A stretch of 37,164 nt of DNA from a virus (taxonomy: Duplodnaviria; Heunggongvirae; Uroviricota; Caudoviricetes): IMG/VR virus record IMGVR_UViG_2541047856_000006. One strand, given 5' to 3'. Of this stretch, positions 36,573 through 37,164 are shown one piece after another. Below the pieces are notes generated by a model. That model made no database searches and had not been told where the DNA came from. It saw only the letters and a program-made list of their open reading frames with translations. The position numbers and the translations under genes were made by a program. The first letter of the stretch is position 1; the number at the start of each line of letters is the position of its first letter.

Positions 36573-36833
36573 ATGTTCCGTTGCCCGCTTTGTGGCGCAT
36601 CTGCCCGCATCCGTACCAGTCGTCCGGAAAATGATTCAAATACCGTGCGGCAAAAGTATTACCAGTGTAACAACTTGGAATGCGGCGTCTGCTTCTCAAC
36701 ACTGGAAGCTTTCCATAAGTTCACATCAAAACACGCCTCAAGTGTTCACTCTTCAGAGGGTATCCCGTGGCATGCTCTGCCTGCTTCACACAGGGGAAAC
36801 AGTCAGATGAGTTTGCCCTTACCTCAGGATTAA
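36573..36833 (+). CDS. ogr: Late-gene transcription activator, Ogr/Delta zinc-finger family
   Basis: MFRCPLCGASARIRTSR...YYQCNNLECG matches the remembered P2 Ogr Cys4 zinc finger (MFHCPLC...YHQCQNVNC); preceded by GGGAGG. Confidence 0.9.
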   Translation: MFRCPLCGASARIRTSRPENDSNTVRQKYYQCNNLECGVCFSTLEAFHKFTSKHASSVHSSEGIPWHALPASHRGNSQMSLPLPQD

Positions 36834-36893
36834 CAAGCAGAATTGCCGGAGTAACAAAAAAGCGATAGATTACGCGCGGGTGCCTTTCGGCTG

Positions 36894-37157
36894 ATGGTCG
36901 GAGGGAATACCCGAAGGCCAGATGTGGAAAGGCCCCGGAAAACATTTCTGTTTAACCGAGGCCCTAACCGCATTACCTTGACAAGTGAAAGGTTAGCGCC
37001 TCTCCGGAAAAGGAGCAAGTGCTATGTCGCAAAAATCGCTTACGGCCATCACGTTCTGCGTGACGGCAATCCTCATCATCTGGATGCTGCACGGTTCGCT
37101 GTGCGAAATACGGATGAGCTTCTGGGGAGCGGAGTTTGCGGCGTTCTTACAGTGTAA
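36894..37157 (+). CDS. Possible mok-like overlapping reading frame of the hok locus
   Basis: 87-aa ORF that fully overlaps the start of the hok-like gene in another frame, as mok does in hok/sok loci. Call rests on position only. Confidence 0.3.
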   Translation: MVGGNTRRPDVERPRKTFLFNRGPNRITLTSERLAPLRKRSKCYVAKIAYGHHVLRDGNPHHLDAARFAVRNTDELLGSGVCGVLTV

Positions 37158-37164
37158 GCAGTAA
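37024..37164 (+). CDS. hok: Hok/Gef-family type I toxin (small membrane peptide)
   Basis: 46 aa MSQKSLTAITFCVTAILIIWMLHGSLCEIRMSFWGAEFAAFLQCKQ: N-terminal transmembrane helix, then the SLCE(I/L) and E.AAFL.CK motifs of Hok-family toxins; AAAGGAG upstream. It ends at the window edge. Confidence 0.7.
   Translation: MSQKSLTAITFCVTAILIIWMLHGSLCEIRMSFWGAEFAAFLQCKQ

Noticed and set aside
1-37164. CRISPR arrays, tRNA/rRNA genes and att core repeats
   Set aside because: No regularly spaced direct repeats of CRISPR type and no tRNA- or rRNA-like sequence were seen. No convincing direct repeat between the left flank (1..208) and the region after ogr could be identified by eye, so attachment sites are not called.

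Overview
This window is a nearly complete P2-like (Peduovirus-type) temperate myovirus prophage of an enterobacterial host, read from the integrase end to the ogr end. All calls rest on reading the supplied ORF translations against remembered protein families; nothing was searched or computed. The backbone runs: two cargo genes and integrase (minus strand), C repressor, operator, a Cox-like gene and early ORFs, replication endonuclease A, a ParM/ParR partition module, a palindrome-rich probable cos region, portal Q and terminase P (minus), then capsid, lysis, baseplate and tail-fibre genes (plus), a Hin/Gin-type invertible fibre segment, the tail sheath-to-U block (minus), tail gene D, an AT-rich two-gene island, ogr, and a hok-like toxin at the window edge. 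The most interesting candidates are the uncharacterised AT-rich island between D and ogr (33259..36377), the pairing of ParMR with a hok-like locus (both classic plasmid R1 stability modules), and the two cargo genes translationally coupled to the integrase. The tail sheath-to-U block is inverted relative to the canonical P2 order. No tRNA, rRNA or CRISPR array was recognised.
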